A stretch of 44,488 nucleotides of DNA from Escherichia phage vB_EcoD_Opt212, in sequence record NC_073055.1. One strand, given 5' to 3'. Shown piece by piece: positions 25,496-35,793 of this stretch (its first letter is position 1; every line of letters begins with the position of its first letter). The translations under genes were made by a program, and so were the position numbers. The notes beneath the pieces are model-generated. The model was not told where the DNA came from, ran no database searches, and saw only the letters and a program-made list of their open reading frames with translations.

Positions 25496-25797
25496 TATGC
25501 TCGCTCCACAAAAACAATAACGTCACATTCAGATGCGGAGTAAACCCCGCCACCTACCGCACTTGCCGCGGAAACCGTGATAGTGTTCCCGCTGGCGGTT
25601 ATTCTGCGGCCTGGCCCGACCGCGCCTTTATCCAGTGCGACCACGTATCCGACCTTCATCCCCGCCGGTACAGGGAATGACCATGCGCCTGATTTTTGTC
25701 CTTCCGCAAGATGAATCCTTCCGATCACGCTTACCGGTTTAATGCCGTAGTTGTTTGGGCGTCCTTGCGCGTCCCACGTTGCGATACCGAATGCCAT
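25495..25797 (-). CDS. hypothetical tail-associated protein
   Basis: 100 aa; TAATG overlap with next gene. Confidence 0.5.
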   Translation of the reverse strand: MAFGIATWDAQGRPNNYGIKPVSVIGRIHLAEGQKSGAWSFPVPAGMKVGYVVALDKGAVGPGRRITASGNTITVSAASAVGGGVYSASECDVIVFVERA

Positions 25798-25808
25798 AAA
25801 TAACCTCG

Positions 25809-25830
25809 TTAAAAAGGGGCCGAAGCCCCT
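25809..25830 (-). terminator. terminator/attenuator-like hairpin after gpJ-like gene
   Basis: AGGGGC-UUCG-GCCCCU hairpin followed by U4 on minus strand. Confidence 0.35.
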
Positions 25831-25833
25831 ATA

Positions 25834-28800
25834 CTACCAGCTACCAGTAAGCTCACCAATCTGCACGCGGAGAACGCCGTTTCCGTCCTTCACGCTGATT
25901 CTTGTGTTCGTCTGTTTCATCCCGCCGCCGCTACCGGTGCCCAGGTTGATAAACGTTCCATCTTTCCCTAAGCGCCAGCCGCGCGTGCTGCCGTCGTAGT
26001 TATTCGATTGCAGCGTGTCTGTTATCTGCGCGAAGTTGATGGACGCGTTCTTGATGCGTGCCGTGTCGATATACACCGCGCCACCGTCCACAATAAACGC
26101 AGACGACAGCGTCCCATTGGACGGATGCATGATGTAGAACTGGTCCGCCTTGAACGCAATACGCGATTTAACCTCGTTGCCAGACGTCACAACGGAAAGC
26201 TGCATACCCGCATCATAATAAGTCCTGTTATATGTCACGCCAGCCTTAAGGCTATACGTGGCGCTACCACCAGAGTGGTTAAACGAGGACGTCATCTTCT
26301 GCTCGATAGCGGCGGACTGCTGACCGAACTGTGTAGCGACCTGGGTCTTATATTCCGCCAGCGCTCCCGCCACGTCTGCGGTTGCCGTTTGTACCTGCTG
26401 GATGGCGGCTTCCTGTTCCCCGAACTTAGCGGCAACAGTTTGCTGGTACTGGGCGAACGCTTGTTCCTGTGTGCTCTGCGCGGTCTGCAACGTGTGGATC
26501 GCAGCTTCCGCGTCATCAAGTCGCGTGCCGATCAACGTCTCCAGTTGAGCGACCGCCTTGTGGGCGTCCGCCGCCACGTTATACGCGACCGAGATTTCCG
26601 CATAAATACCCTTGTACTCGGCGCGGGCGTTGAACAATTGCTGCGCGTCGGTGAGCATCGCCTCGTAAATACCCTGCGGGATCGTGTTGATTGCTTCCTG
26701 GAAGCGTTTACCATCCTCGGAAGTCAAGAACTCGTCATCAAGCCCCTTCATGTACTCGTCAACTTTGTCACTCACCTGCCCTTCAAACGGGGCCGACCAG
26801 TCCGACAGGTTGCCGATTTTATCCGCTACACGGGCGCGCAACTGCTGGTAAATTCCGAACTCCAGCGATGTTTGCGCATACTCCGCCCCCGGATATGGGA
26901 CGTTGGTAAGGAATTTCCATTCAGTCTCACCGGTCTTGCGCACTTCAAGCTCGGTGTACGAGATATCAGTAGCGGCGTTGTTGTGGTTCCACTTCCACAA
27001 GATCTGGTGAAGGCCCGAAATAGCGTTGGTGATGATTGGTGCGTTAAGCCCACCGAGACGACCTTCCACCGGCGTGATGGCGGACGACACCCACGGAGAT
27101 GAAATCTCGCCCATACCGATCGCGCGGACGCGTGCCTGGTAGTTACCGGAGAACACGTTAGGGATGTGCGCCCCATTCGACGCCGTGCGTGGGATATTCA
27201 CCCAGTCGTTACCCCACTGGATTTCCATATTCTGAAGGCTGGTACGCCTCCACTGGATTTCATACACCACGGCATCCTTCACCGGAGGGAATACAATATC
27301 CACGTTGGTGATTAGCTGCCCTTGCGATGAAATCTGCGACGGGGTGATGGTCACGGATTCCGGCCCCTTCATTACCCCGTCAGGCACTTGCGTAAAGATA
27401 CCCGGATCAAGGCGCGCGCCATTATCAACGGCATCATACTTGCTATCGTTGTACTCAATCCCGCGCACCGAGAAAGTGCTCGTAGAGTCGTCATACTCCA
27501 GGTCGGTGATGCGGAATTTCTGCAACTGGATATCGTCGCCATCAACGCAAAACGGCTGGTCAGGAATAGGGTTGGCGTCCAGTGCGGTTTTTAGCGTTAC
27601 CTTGTTGCCGTTGACGCTGGCGATCTCGCGAGTCTCCACATTACCGCTATCGGTGCGTACCAGGAACTTATCGCCAGGGCGGAATGTGATTTCGCTGTCC
27701 GTGTTCAGCACGGTACGAGTTCCGGGGTCCGACAACAGTCGACCGCCGCGCGTCTCAAAACCGCCAGAAATGTTTGTATCCGCGATCGCGACTACGCTAC
27801 CGGGAATAAAGAATAACCCTTCCATGCCAACTTTAAAGCTAACTTGCTGGTCAAGCTGGTTGGAAATTAGCGCCCAGTGCCCGCGACGCTGCGCTTCAGA
27901 TTCACGCGTACAGCCGATCGCCGTAATATCGAGACGGTTAATCTTATGGCGGCGTACCAGTTCGACACGTTGCCCCGTTGCGATAGCATCTTCATAGTGG
28001 TTCTTCGGGTTGCCGTATGCTACTGCGAACGTGGAGTACCGAGTTTTCTGGCTACCGGACGCGTAGTCGAAGCGCCCATCAATAACCGAGGCGTTGGTGA
28101 TAGTGTGCGACACTGCTGCGACCGGTTGGTCACTGACGATATTCAACATCTGGTTGCCCCACCAGGTCATTCCGGCGAAGATGGCGGCTAAATCCTTAAG
28201 CACGGTCCAGGCATCCGTCTGTGACTGAATGTACATATCATTCTTAAAGCGGATTTCTCGGCCACCGTTGCCGTCGCTGACCAACTGATCGCAGCGCTGC
28301 GCAATCTGGTAGAGCGCGTATCGGTTTAGCATTTGCGGTTTGATACGCCGACCGAGGCCGAAGCGCTCAGTAATACAAATATCGTACCAGTGCCACGCAG
28401 GGTTATCCGTCCATGCGCGTTTAAACGTGCCGTCCCAGTCCCCGGAATAGGTATGATTGATCGGGTCGTAGTTGTTCGGTATTAGAACTTTGCGACCTTT
28501 GCACTTAATGGACACGCGAGGGATGTTCTGGAACGCTTTGGCGTCGAACTCCACAAACAACAGCGCGGTTAGCGGGTAACGCAGGCGGGCGTCAATAATC
28601 TCAGTGATGGACTGCACCCGGATATCATTAACCACTTTCGCCGATGTGGAGTCTGCCGTTATGCGGTGCACCTCCACGCGCCAGCCGGTGTTAACGTTCG
28701 GAGGTAATTCGATGCGGTGGTCGCGCTCATATAGCGACATTGTTTTACCAACGGCGGCGAATCTGAACTCACGCGGGTCGGCGTTATCCGTATACACAAC

Positions 28801-29253
28801 TATCTTATAGTCGATGCGCCCGCCCACCAGGTCGCCATTATCTTCGTTAGTGTACAAGGCTGGAATGCCGATTCGAATGCGCACGGCGTCAAGACTGGTG
28901 TCATTAATCTGGCGCACCCACGGCGTGCCGTTTTCCAGTTTTACGCCTACGGATTGCTCACTTTCCACCGCTGAAAATCCGTGGATCACGTCCTGGTGCT
29001 GTGTGCCTGGGCGGAACTCCACGCGCGCGCCGGGGAAGTTTTCCGACAGGTCGGCGTTCTGGATCGGAGTGCCGTCCAGATATACACGCTGCCGTAATTC
29101 GCTGTCGCTGGTAATACTTTCGAATTCCCCTTCCCCTAGCGCAAGCAAGATGCGGATTTTAGCCAGGGAATGCAGGCTATCCGGCGTTTCCTGCGGGGTG
29201 TGCTGTTTGCCGCCGCCGCCTTTATGCCCTGTGACGTCGTAGATAATCGTCAT
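25834..29253 (-). CDS. tail tip / host specificity protein (lambda gpJ-like)
   Basis: 1139 aa; size and position after gpI-like gene; N-terminus resembles gpJ family. Confidence 0.8.
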   Translation of the reverse strand: MTIIYDVTGHKGGGGKQHTPQETPDSLHSLAKIRILLALGEGEFESITSDSELRQRVYLDGTPIQNADLSENFPGARVEFRPGTQHQDVIHGFSAVESEQSVGVKLENGTPWVRQINDTSLDAVRIRIGIPALYTNEDNGDLVGGRIDYKIVVYTDNADPREFRFAAVGKTMSLYERDHRIELPPNVNTGWRVEVHRITADSTSAKVVNDIRVQSITEIIDARLRYPLTALLFVEFDAKAFQNIPRVSIKCKGRKVLIPNNYDPINHTYSGDWDGTFKRAWTDNPAWHWYDICITERFGLGRRIKPQMLNRYALYQIAQRCDQLVSDGNGGREIRFKNDMYIQSQTDAWTVLKDLAAIFAGMTWWGNQMLNIVSDQPVAAVSHTITNASVIDGRFDYASGSQKTRYSTFAVAYGNPKNHYEDAIATGQRVELVRRHKINRLDITAIGCTRESEAQRRGHWALISNQLDQQVSFKVGMEGLFFIPGSVVAIADTNISGGFETRGGRLLSDPGTRTVLNTDSEITFRPGDKFLVRTDSGNVETREIASVNGNKVTLKTALDANPIPDQPFCVDGDDIQLQKFRITDLEYDDSTSTFSVRGIEYNDSKYDAVDNGARLDPGIFTQVPDGVMKGPESVTITPSQISSQGQLITNVDIVFPPVKDAVVYEIQWRRTSLQNMEIQWGNDWVNIPRTASNGAHIPNVFSGNYQARVRAIGMGEISSPWVSSAITPVEGRLGGLNAPIITNAISGLHQILWKWNHNNAATDISYTELEVRKTGETEWKFLTNVPYPGAEYAQTSLEFGIYQQLRARVADKIGNLSDWSAPFEGQVSDKVDEYMKGLDDEFLTSEDGKRFQEAINTIPQGIYEAMLTDAQQLFNARAEYKGIYAEISVAYNVAADAHKAVAQLETLIGTRLDDAEAAIHTLQTAQSTQEQAFAQYQQTVAAKFGEQEAAIQQVQTATADVAGALAEYKTQVATQFGQQSAAIEQKMTSSFNHSGGSATYSLKAGVTYNRTYYDAGMQLSVVTSGNEVKSRIAFKADQFYIMHPSNGTLSSAFIVDGGAVYIDTARIKNASINFAQITDTLQSNNYDGSTRGWRLGKDGTFINLGTGSGGGMKQTNTRISVKDGNGVLRVQIGELTGSW

Positions 29254-29867
29254 TCGTTCAAGTCCTCGGTTACTATTCCGGCTGAAATAATAGCGCCGCC
29301 GATCTCACGCTCGCCCCATAATACACCAAGCGCCGTGCCTTGCGCTGTTGTATTCACTGGCCCGCCGAACGCGTACGACGCTTTGTTATCCACGTCCTGC
29401 CTTGTCTGCAATCCTTTCGGTTGTGGCGACAGCAATTGCATAACGCCACCCAGCGCCATCGACATCCCGAACGAAAACGTCGCCGTCCCGATAGCGGCAG
29501 CGGTTGCAGCCGAAGCCCCGAAAGCGGCAGTAGCAAGTCCGCCCGTATAGAACGACGCCACTACGATCGCGACACCCGCCAGCAATTGTCCCAACCCTCT
29601 TTTTGCGCCCGTCATAACCGGCGCGATGGTAACTACGCGGTTGCCGTGGAACTCGCCCAGCTCATCATAGCCGGTCATCGTGTGGTCGCCTTTGCGCACC
29701 TTGAACATCATATTGTCCAGGTGGGCCGACATTAGAAAGTCCTGTAAGCCGGGTAACTTCACGCACAGGCCGGTGATACCCTCGCCCGGAGTGAAGCAGT
29801 CCAGCTTATGCACTTTACCGAATCGACGTCCTAAAACGCCGTATAATTTAAATGTGGTCATTGCCAT
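29250..29867 (-). CDS. tail assembly protein (lambda gpI-like)
   Basis: 205 aa; Gly/Ala-rich hydrophobic C-terminal half; gene order. Confidence 0.65.
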   Translation of the reverse strand: MAMTTFKLYGVLGRRFGKVHKLDCFTPGEGITGLCVKLPGLQDFLMSAHLDNMMFKVRKGDHTMTGYDELGEFHGNRVVTIAPVMTGAKRGLGQLLAGVAIVVASFYTGGLATAAFGASAATAAAIGTATFSFGMSMALGGVMQLLSPQPKGLQTRQDVDNKASYAFGGPVNTTAQGTALGVLWGEREIGGAIISAGIVTEDLNE

Positions 29868-30598
29868 TCTGTTATATTCCCCGGTAGGTCTTTATGACGT
29901 ACCCATTTAACCACATTGTCCCGGAAAAATCCTGACCGGAAGGGTATCACGCTCGACAGACTGCCGTAGATATGGTGTAGGAGTTGGTTGCCTGGAAGGA
30001 ATATCCCGGCGTGGTTAGGCACTGGCGCGCTAATCTGCATGATGACCATCGCCCCCGGCGTATTCTCCTCGCATTCCCTGAATCCAGCGCCGTACCAGTT
30101 ATCCATATACAGATTTTCGCCTGTCTCCCACCAGTTATACGGCACGCGGAAGTCTGGCAAATTTACTCCCTGCTTTTTGTGCCAGTCCATGACGAGGCCG
30201 TAACAATCCGTAATTCCGAGAACAAATCGGCGGCCTACCAGCGGCGGGTCTTCCGGGTCAATCTCAATAAAGTCGCCATATTCGTTAGTGATGGTCCACA
30301 CTACGCCGCTGCCGTTGCATCCGTTAACGTCGCCCAGTGAGGGGGTTAACTCGCGCTGACCTGGGTGTGAGTGGACTACGCGCACGACGTCGCCCATATC
30401 CTCGGCATCCATCCAGGCCATATCACTAATCGTAAAAGCGTCTTTGCGGGAGCGCACGCCGGTCGGGTCTTCGAATACGTTCAGACATGGTACGAACACT
30501 TGCTTACGACCCACCATGACAACCAGGCCACAGGCTTCTTCCGGCAGACACGCCGCGACGTGTGCGGCGATATCGCTTTTAACCTTTTTCGTTAACAT
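29858..30598 (-). CDS. tail assembly protein gpK-like (MPN/JAB plus NlpC/P60 peptidase)
   Basis: 246 aa; HSHPGQ JAMM-like motif and Cys-containing peptidase region. Confidence 0.7.
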   Translation of the reverse strand: MLTKKVKSDIAAHVAACLPEEACGLVVMVGRKQVFVPCLNVFEDPTGVRSRKDAFTISDMAWMDAEDMGDVVRVVHSHPGQRELTPSLGDVNGCNGSGVVWTITNEYGDFIEIDPEDPPLVGRRFVLGITDCYGLVMDWHKKQGVNLPDFRVPYNWWETGENLYMDNWYGAGFRECEENTPGAMVIMQISAPVPNHAGIFLPGNQLLHHIYGSLSSVIPFRSGFFRDNVVKWVRHKDLPGNITEWQ

Positions 30599-30600
30599 AA

Positions 30601-31389
30601 CTACCCCTTAATTAATCTGGACCCCGGAAAGCCGCCGAAGTCCAGCACCGCCGCTTTAGGGTCCGCAAGCCCTTGCCCAAATCGAAGATAACAGTCCGAC
30701 AAGCATCCGCCGCAGCGGTCCATATTCATTGCGATGACTTCGTTTCCGCGCTCGTCGTAATATTTGATACCGGGCTTCGCAAGGTTCCACGTGCAGCCAT
30801 CCCCGCTGGCGTACTTCCCATTTAACGCCCATTCGCACATGTTCATGATCTGGCGGCGTGGAACTACTTGCCCCTCCATATCCGCGGGTGAGGATAATGC
30901 GAAGGTTATTTGCTTGCCAGGATTGCGCCCGACCTGTGAGTCGATGTAATACTCCTGGACACGTTTTTGCGTCGGGTCTGGATCTGTCCCGTTATCCAGG
31001 AACTTCGCGAACGTATCAATGATCTCAACCTTCGCGCCAAGTAGCTGGTCGTGGTTCAGCGACAGCCGGGTTATTATGCCGCCAATATCGACGATTGTTA
31101 GTTGCGGTTCTGCCGCCGTCGATGTGGAGAAGTTAAGGCCGGACAAATCGAAGGGCCAAAATTCGAACTCCTGCCCGCCGAAGAAGATTGATTTAGGTTT
31201 TAGCTTGTCCTCGTCACCGCCTGCGGCGGCAATATCCTCGGCAGTGTGCGGAATAAAGCAATAGTGAAAATAGTGATGACCCGCGCCGATCGCGCCGTCG
31301 CCTGGTTCCACGTCCTGCGCGTCAATGTGAATCAGGCGAACGCGGCCCGATGGGTCAAAGCGTGTCGCCTCACGGTATAATTTATTCAT
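30601..31389 (-). CDS. minor tail protein gpL-like
   Basis: 262 aa; C-terminal Cys cluster DRCGGCLSDC; gene order. Confidence 0.65.
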   Translation of the reverse strand: MNKLYREATRFDPSGRVRLIHIDAQDVEPGDGAIGAGHHYFHYCFIPHTAEDIAAAGGDEDKLKPKSIFFGGQEFEFWPFDLSGLNFSTSTAAEPQLTIVDIGGIITRLSLNHDQLLGAKVEIIDTFAKFLDNGTDPDPTQKRVQEYYIDSQVGRNPGKQITFALSSPADMEGQVVPRRQIMNMCEWALNGKYASGDGCTWNLAKPGIKYYDERGNEVIAMNMDRCGGCLSDCYLRFGQGLADPKAAVLDFGGFPGSRLIKG

Positions 31390-32024
31390 CTTACGAATCC
31401 AATAGCAGTCTTAAGGGTGGCGGACACCGTTGCCGTGTAGTGCCCGTTGTCTGTGTACGACAAGCTCGAACGCTCGACCACGAATAAACCTGTTTCGCCA
31501 TCCGGCGCGGTGACAACAAACGGTTTGACGAAGTGCCCGCGAAGGAAGTTGTAAACCAGTTTAGGGTTGCACCACTTGTCAGTAGTCAGTCCGATGAATT
31601 GCACGGGGAACTGTTTCGTTTCGGCGTTCGGGCCGTCCGCGATGTTCTGACCGTAACCGTTACCAAACTGCAATTCCTCGGACCGGAAAGCCAACTGCAC
31701 GTCTCCGCCACCTTGCAATTGCATGTGCCAGTAATAGGGCCATTCGTTTGATCGCGGGTCGTGCGCTTCGATTAGCTCATAAGCTGCACCGGCTTTTGTC
31801 GGTCCGGCCCAGTTATCCGCCAGGGTGATGACGGTGTTAGAGTTGAATGCCGCAATTTTTCCGGTGTAGTCGTTGCCGTCGATGCGGGTAAATACGCGGA
31901 CCTTCCCGATCTCGCTCAAGAACGCGGTTCCCACGCCTGTGATGGTCTTACTTCCCTTAGTTAGTGTGATTGTACCTTGCGCCATAAAAAAGCCCCCACG
32001 TTGTAGTGAGGGCCATTTTATCAT
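31386..32024 (-). CDS. minor tail protein gpM-like
   Basis: 212 aa; ATGA coupling to tape measure and gpL-like genes. Confidence 0.6.
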   Translation of the reverse strand: MIKWPSLQRGGFFMAQGTITLTKGSKTITGVGTAFLSEIGKVRVFTRIDGNDYTGKIAAFNSNTVITLADNWAGPTKAGAAYELIEAHDPRSNEWPYYWHMQLQGGGDVQLAFRSEELQFGNGYGQNIADGPNAETKQFPVQFIGLTTDKWCNPKLVYNFLRGHFVKPFVVTAPDGETGLFVVERSSLSYTDNGHYTATVSATLKTAIGFVR

Positions 32025-34663
32025 CGTTTGTAAAGTACACCACCCGGTTTCGTCGCCTTCACGATCTCGGCCTTGACCGACTCGGTGATTTGCTTTCCGA
32101 ACGCCTGCGCGGTGCGCGGGTCTGGACCGCTAACACTGGTATCCGTCTTACCGGTCCCCATGTTAACGTTGGTCGTTACAATCATTCCCCCGACACCGCC
32201 TGCCGCGGCAACGCCAAGTTTACCGTCTGGCCCGCGCTTAAGCGGCATGATGGCCTCGGGGCCAGCCTCCCCCATCAATCCTGCGCCCTTAGCGAACGCC
32301 TGGACGCCATAACTGAAAAAGGTGGGCTGGCTTACCACTTGCCCCGAATAGGCCGCGAGGTTGCCCCCTGCGTACGCTCCGCCGTCCGCATTCTTAGTGA
32401 GGCCGGAGAAAATAGCGCCGAACAATCCGTTTTTGCCGCCGTCACCGCCGAAAGCGCTAACGATGGACTTGAACGCCTGCGAGGTAGCCAGCTTTATTAA
32501 TTCGCTCAGAATGGACTTAACCATATCTTTTGCGTTCAGCTTGCCAGTCTCGAAAAACTCGTTCATCGTGTCCTGCATAGCGCCGAACGTGAATTTTGTG
32601 AGTGACGTCATCTGCGTATAGCCGTTACCCATTTCATCAACACTATCCTTAAGCCCGCGGCTGAAGCCATCCCATAGCGAGGCGTTAGCACCGGTCTGTG
32701 CTTCCTGCACTTCGCGCAGCTTAGACACCGCCAGATCAATATCGGTATCGTTAGCGCCCACCCGCTTCAGGCGATCAATTAGCTGCAATTCTTCGCGCAG
32801 GTTAGCCGCTTCGCGAGTGGAAAGCGCATATCCCGCCGCGGTGGCTTTTAGCTCGGCGTTCTGGTTCTTGATGAATGCATCGACCTGGGCGTGTGCTTTG
32901 ATCTGCTTCTCTTTCGCGTCCAGCAATTTGGCTTCTTCGACGATCTGCTCGCGTACCGATTTAACCGCCTCGAACGCCGCCGTTTGCTGCTTTTCTGCTG
33001 CCGTGAGTGCGCGCTCCTTGCTCGCGGTGATTAACTGCTCATTATCGGCAATCAGCTTGTTCAGGGACGCTTGCGCGCGTTGCGTGCGGGTCTGCGTCGA
33101 TGCGTTGGCTTCGATCTGCTTTCCAGACTCACGAAGCTGGGCTAATTCGCTTCGCGCGACTTCCAGCATTTTCAGCCCGGCATCGACTCGAACTGCCGCC
33201 GCTTTCTTCGGCGCGGGGTCTTTGTAACGCTCGTTGACCTGCTTCACCGCCTCGGCTAGTTCTTTCTCGTTAATAACACCGCGCTTATTCAGCAAATTTA
33301 GGCGGGCGATCTCGTCGGCTCGCCGCTTCGCGTTGGTTGCGTACTCCTTCTCAAACGCGGCGCGGTCGCGGGCGGCGCGGTTTGCCTCCTCGTTCGCCTT
33401 TGCTGCTTCATCCGCGGCGCTGGCGCTGTCTCGCTCGGCACGGTTGCGAAGGGTGAGCGACGCTACTACCTTTTCCTGGGCGACCAGTTCGCTGTAAAGC
33501 ATGTTAATACGCGCTTTCTGCGCTTCGGTCATCACCCCACCGGCAGCGTTTACCGCCCTCATCTCGGCATAGTACGCCGTGGTCATGCGCTGCAAGGACT
33601 CACGCGCTTTCATCTCGGACTCATTCGAGGACTGCGCGCGGCCCACATCCAGGATGGCATCCCACATAGATTTAGCTGCCGATGTAACTACGTTCATCGA
33701 CCGCTCAAGCGTACCCATGTTGGACTTTACCTCATCGGTCATGCTGGAGAACGACGCAGCGGCTGTTTTGTTAGCCAGAGCAACCGCGTCCGTTTCACGC
33801 CCCATATCTACAAGCGATTGCACCTGCTGGATCTGCGCCTCGGTAACGACATGATACTTATCCGCCAGCGCACGCAGTCCGCCCACTGGGTCGTTCGACA
33901 ATTTTGAGATGGATTCAACCACGTCAGAGATCGGCTGATTAGACGCCTTCGCGAAGTCATTCACAACCTTCGCCAGCGCGCCGAAGTCCGCCCCCGCTTT
34001 CACACCCGCCGCCGCCAGCGCCTGGATTGTGTCACGCGTCTTGCGGAACGACCCGCCCATGCGCTCGGCGTTCTCGGATAGCACCAGGATCTGGTTTGCC
34101 GTTAGGCCGGAAATGTTACCTGACAGCGCCAGCGTCTTGTTAAGCGCTGCGACCTGGTTCTCTGCGCGGGACGTAATTGCTACGCCCACGCCTAACGTTG
34201 CCGTTACCGCAGCAAGGCCGATCCCAACTGGACCGAGGAAGCCAGCAACATAACGCAGAGTGTTACCCAATCCACCGAACGCCCCAGTTAGCTGCGGTAA
34301 CTGCTGAAGCATAACGCGGTGTACCGGCATCCCCATCTCAAGCGTAACTGCGATATCCTGTAACTGGAATGCGGCGTTACGCGAGGCAAAGCCCAGGTTT
34401 TTAGTCGACATGCCTAACCTGTTGGCGAGTCGCTCCTGTTTCGTCATGCCATCGGCGGCGCGCTGCGATTCGTTTGCCAGCTTTTCCATTCCGCCCGCGG
34501 CGTCACTCGTCACCTTTTTGGATTTGCCGAGGGTGTCGTTTAATTTCTTAACCTTGTTTTCTGTGTTCTCGGATTTCTGTGCGAAGGAGTCCAGCACAGT
34601 ATTTGCCGTTCTGATTTGTGCAACATCAGCCTTTAGCGTGATGCCTGCTGCCTGATCTGCCAT
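32021..34663 (-). CDS. tail tape measure protein
   Basis: 880 aa; long Ala/Gln/Glu-rich helical middle; Gly-rich C-terminus; position. Confidence 0.85.
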   Translation of the reverse strand: MADQAAGITLKADVAQIRTANTVLDSFAQKSENTENKVKKLNDTLGKSKKVTSDAAGGMEKLANESQRAADGMTKQERLANRLGMSTKNLGFASRNAAFQLQDIAVTLEMGMPVHRVMLQQLPQLTGAFGGLGNTLRYVAGFLGPVGIGLAAVTATLGVGVAITSRAENQVAALNKTLALSGNISGLTANQILVLSENAERMGGSFRKTRDTIQALAAAGVKAGADFGALAKVVNDFAKASNQPISDVVESISKLSNDPVGGLRALADKYHVVTEAQIQQVQSLVDMGRETDAVALANKTAAASFSSMTDEVKSNMGTLERSMNVVTSAAKSMWDAILDVGRAQSSNESEMKARESLQRMTTAYYAEMRAVNAAGGVMTEAQKARINMLYSELVAQEKVVASLTLRNRAERDSASAADEAAKANEEANRAARDRAAFEKEYATNAKRRADEIARLNLLNKRGVINEKELAEAVKQVNERYKDPAPKKAAAVRVDAGLKMLEVARSELAQLRESGKQIEANASTQTRTQRAQASLNKLIADNEQLITASKERALTAAEKQQTAAFEAVKSVREQIVEEAKLLDAKEKQIKAHAQVDAFIKNQNAELKATAAGYALSTREAANLREELQLIDRLKRVGANDTDIDLAVSKLREVQEAQTGANASLWDGFSRGLKDSVDEMGNGYTQMTSLTKFTFGAMQDTMNEFFETGKLNAKDMVKSILSELIKLATSQAFKSIVSAFGGDGGKNGLFGAIFSGLTKNADGGAYAGGNLAAYSGQVVSQPTFFSYGVQAFAKGAGLMGEAGPEAIMPLKRGPDGKLGVAAAGGVGGMIVTTNVNMGTGKTDTSVSGPDPRTAQAFGKQITESVKAEIVKATKPGGVLYKR

Positions 34664-34726
34664 TATGCAGTCCCCTTTTTTATGCAGTTGCCGATGGATA
34701 TTGTATCAGCGATTTCAAAACAAACC

Positions 34727-34899
34727 TTATTCAGTCTCAGACGAGGGGGGCCATTGACCCCCGTCTAGTCTGAAAGACTGGGGTGCTGTCCCGCTGTCCC
34801 GATCGGCTGAAAACCGCGGCAGCACTGGCGGGGACGGGGTGCTGTCCCGTTTTGTCCCGCCCCTTGTTTGTCCCGCTTTCTGTCCCGCTTACTTTATGC
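34727..34899. repeat. GTCCCGC-iteron element, copy B
   Basis: first 75 bp identical to 6910..6984; similar iteron array. Confidence 0.8.
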
Positions 34900-34924
34900 A
34901 ATAAAACTGCATAGGTATGCACAT

Positions 34925-35043
34925 TTACAGGGCGTGACAAAACGGGACGTCCCGCCTGTCCCGCTTTGAGTTTATGCAATGAAAGTGATTAGATATGCGG
35001 TTTTACAGAGGCGGGACAAAACGGGACGTCCCGCCTGTCCCGC
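34925..35043. repeat. two tandem ~78-bp units each with 12-bp palindrome CGGGACGTCCCG
   Basis: palindromes at about 34943..34954 and 35022..35033 with flanking GTCCCGC/GCGGGAC. Confidence 0.75.
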
Positions 35044-35047
35044 TTCA

Positions 35048-35724
35048 TTATGCGGGGTTCTGCTGCGCCATCTCATCAAGCGCGATTCGTTCCATTAGCT
35101 TGATATCTTTAAACGCGCGCTGCTCGTTTTCGATACCGTGCATCTTAAATAGCCACTCCAGCACGCCGTAGTCGATGCCGTATGCGCCACCAAAACCGGT
35201 GCGCCATTGCGTGGAGCAATCTGTGAAGACTGCGACTATCTTCGCGTTGTCAGGCCATAGCGCAACAGGCGGACAAACATCTTCAGGGGCCGCACCCCAT
35301 AAACTCGCGGCTAAATCTTCGGAGGGTGGCGGCGGGCCATAAAAGCGTCGCGCCGCCTCAATTAGTTTTTTTCACGCAATCCCATCAGTTCAAGATAGTA
35401 CGACGTGTGGAACACCCCGAACGCGCGTGGGTAGTTGACCACCAGGCGGCGGACGTTCTCCGCGTTAAATTCGTCCGGCAGATTCCAGCCTTCTGCGACG
35501 TGCATGATGGCCTCGACCATAACGTTAAAGCCGTCCGGGTCATTGTCGTCATATTCCGACAGCTTTCGTTCGGTGTCCTGCATGGTTTGCGAAAATTCGT
35601 CGATCGGGCGGTGGCGGACGGTAAACGTCATCTTGCCCGGTTCGTTCTCACCTGGGCGCGGGATCTCAATCGGCAGCTTAAAGGTCGGCTTAGGGTCAAG
35701 TGTAAAGAGTGGTGCTTTAGCCAT
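35048..35724 (-). CDS. tail assembly chaperone GT (-1 frameshift product)
   Basis: A_AAA_AAC slippery heptamer at about 35365..35371, 2 codons before the G stop; -1 frame stays open about 105 codons to stop at 35048. Confidence 0.55.
35362..35724 (-). CDS. tail assembly chaperone G
   Basis: 120 aa from ATG with GGAG RBS (track ORF starts at upstream TTG); between major tail and tape measure genes. Confidence 0.65.
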   Translation of the reverse strand: MAKAPLFTLDPKPTFKLPIEIPRPGENEPGKMTFTVRHRPIDEFSQTMQDTERKLSEYDDNDPDGFNVMVEAIMHVAEGWNLPDEFNAENVRRLVVNYPRAFGVFHTSYYLELMGLREKN

Positions 35725-35740
35725 TGTAGTATTCTCCAAT

Positions 35741-35763
35741 AAAAAAGGGGCCGTGCTGGCCCC
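35741..35763 (-). terminator. rho-independent terminator after major tail gene
   Basis: GGGGCC/GGCCCC stem followed by U6. Confidence 0.6.
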
Positions 35764-35793
35764 ATATTAACACTCGCTATTTAAGCGACCAAA

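Noticed and set aside
26008-27102. 364-aa plus-strand ORF
   Set aside because: Antisense to the gpJ-like gene; Arg/Leu-rich composition typical of the reverse strand of GC-rich coding DNA; no RBS.
32073-34655. multiple 70-140 aa plus-strand ORFs inside the tape measure gene
   Set aside because: Antisense artefacts; Ser/Ala/Phe-rich low-complexity products.
34737-34979. 80-aa minus-strand ORF spanning iteron element B
   Set aside because: Same reason as for 6920..7174; the conserved part coincides exactly with the DNA repeat.
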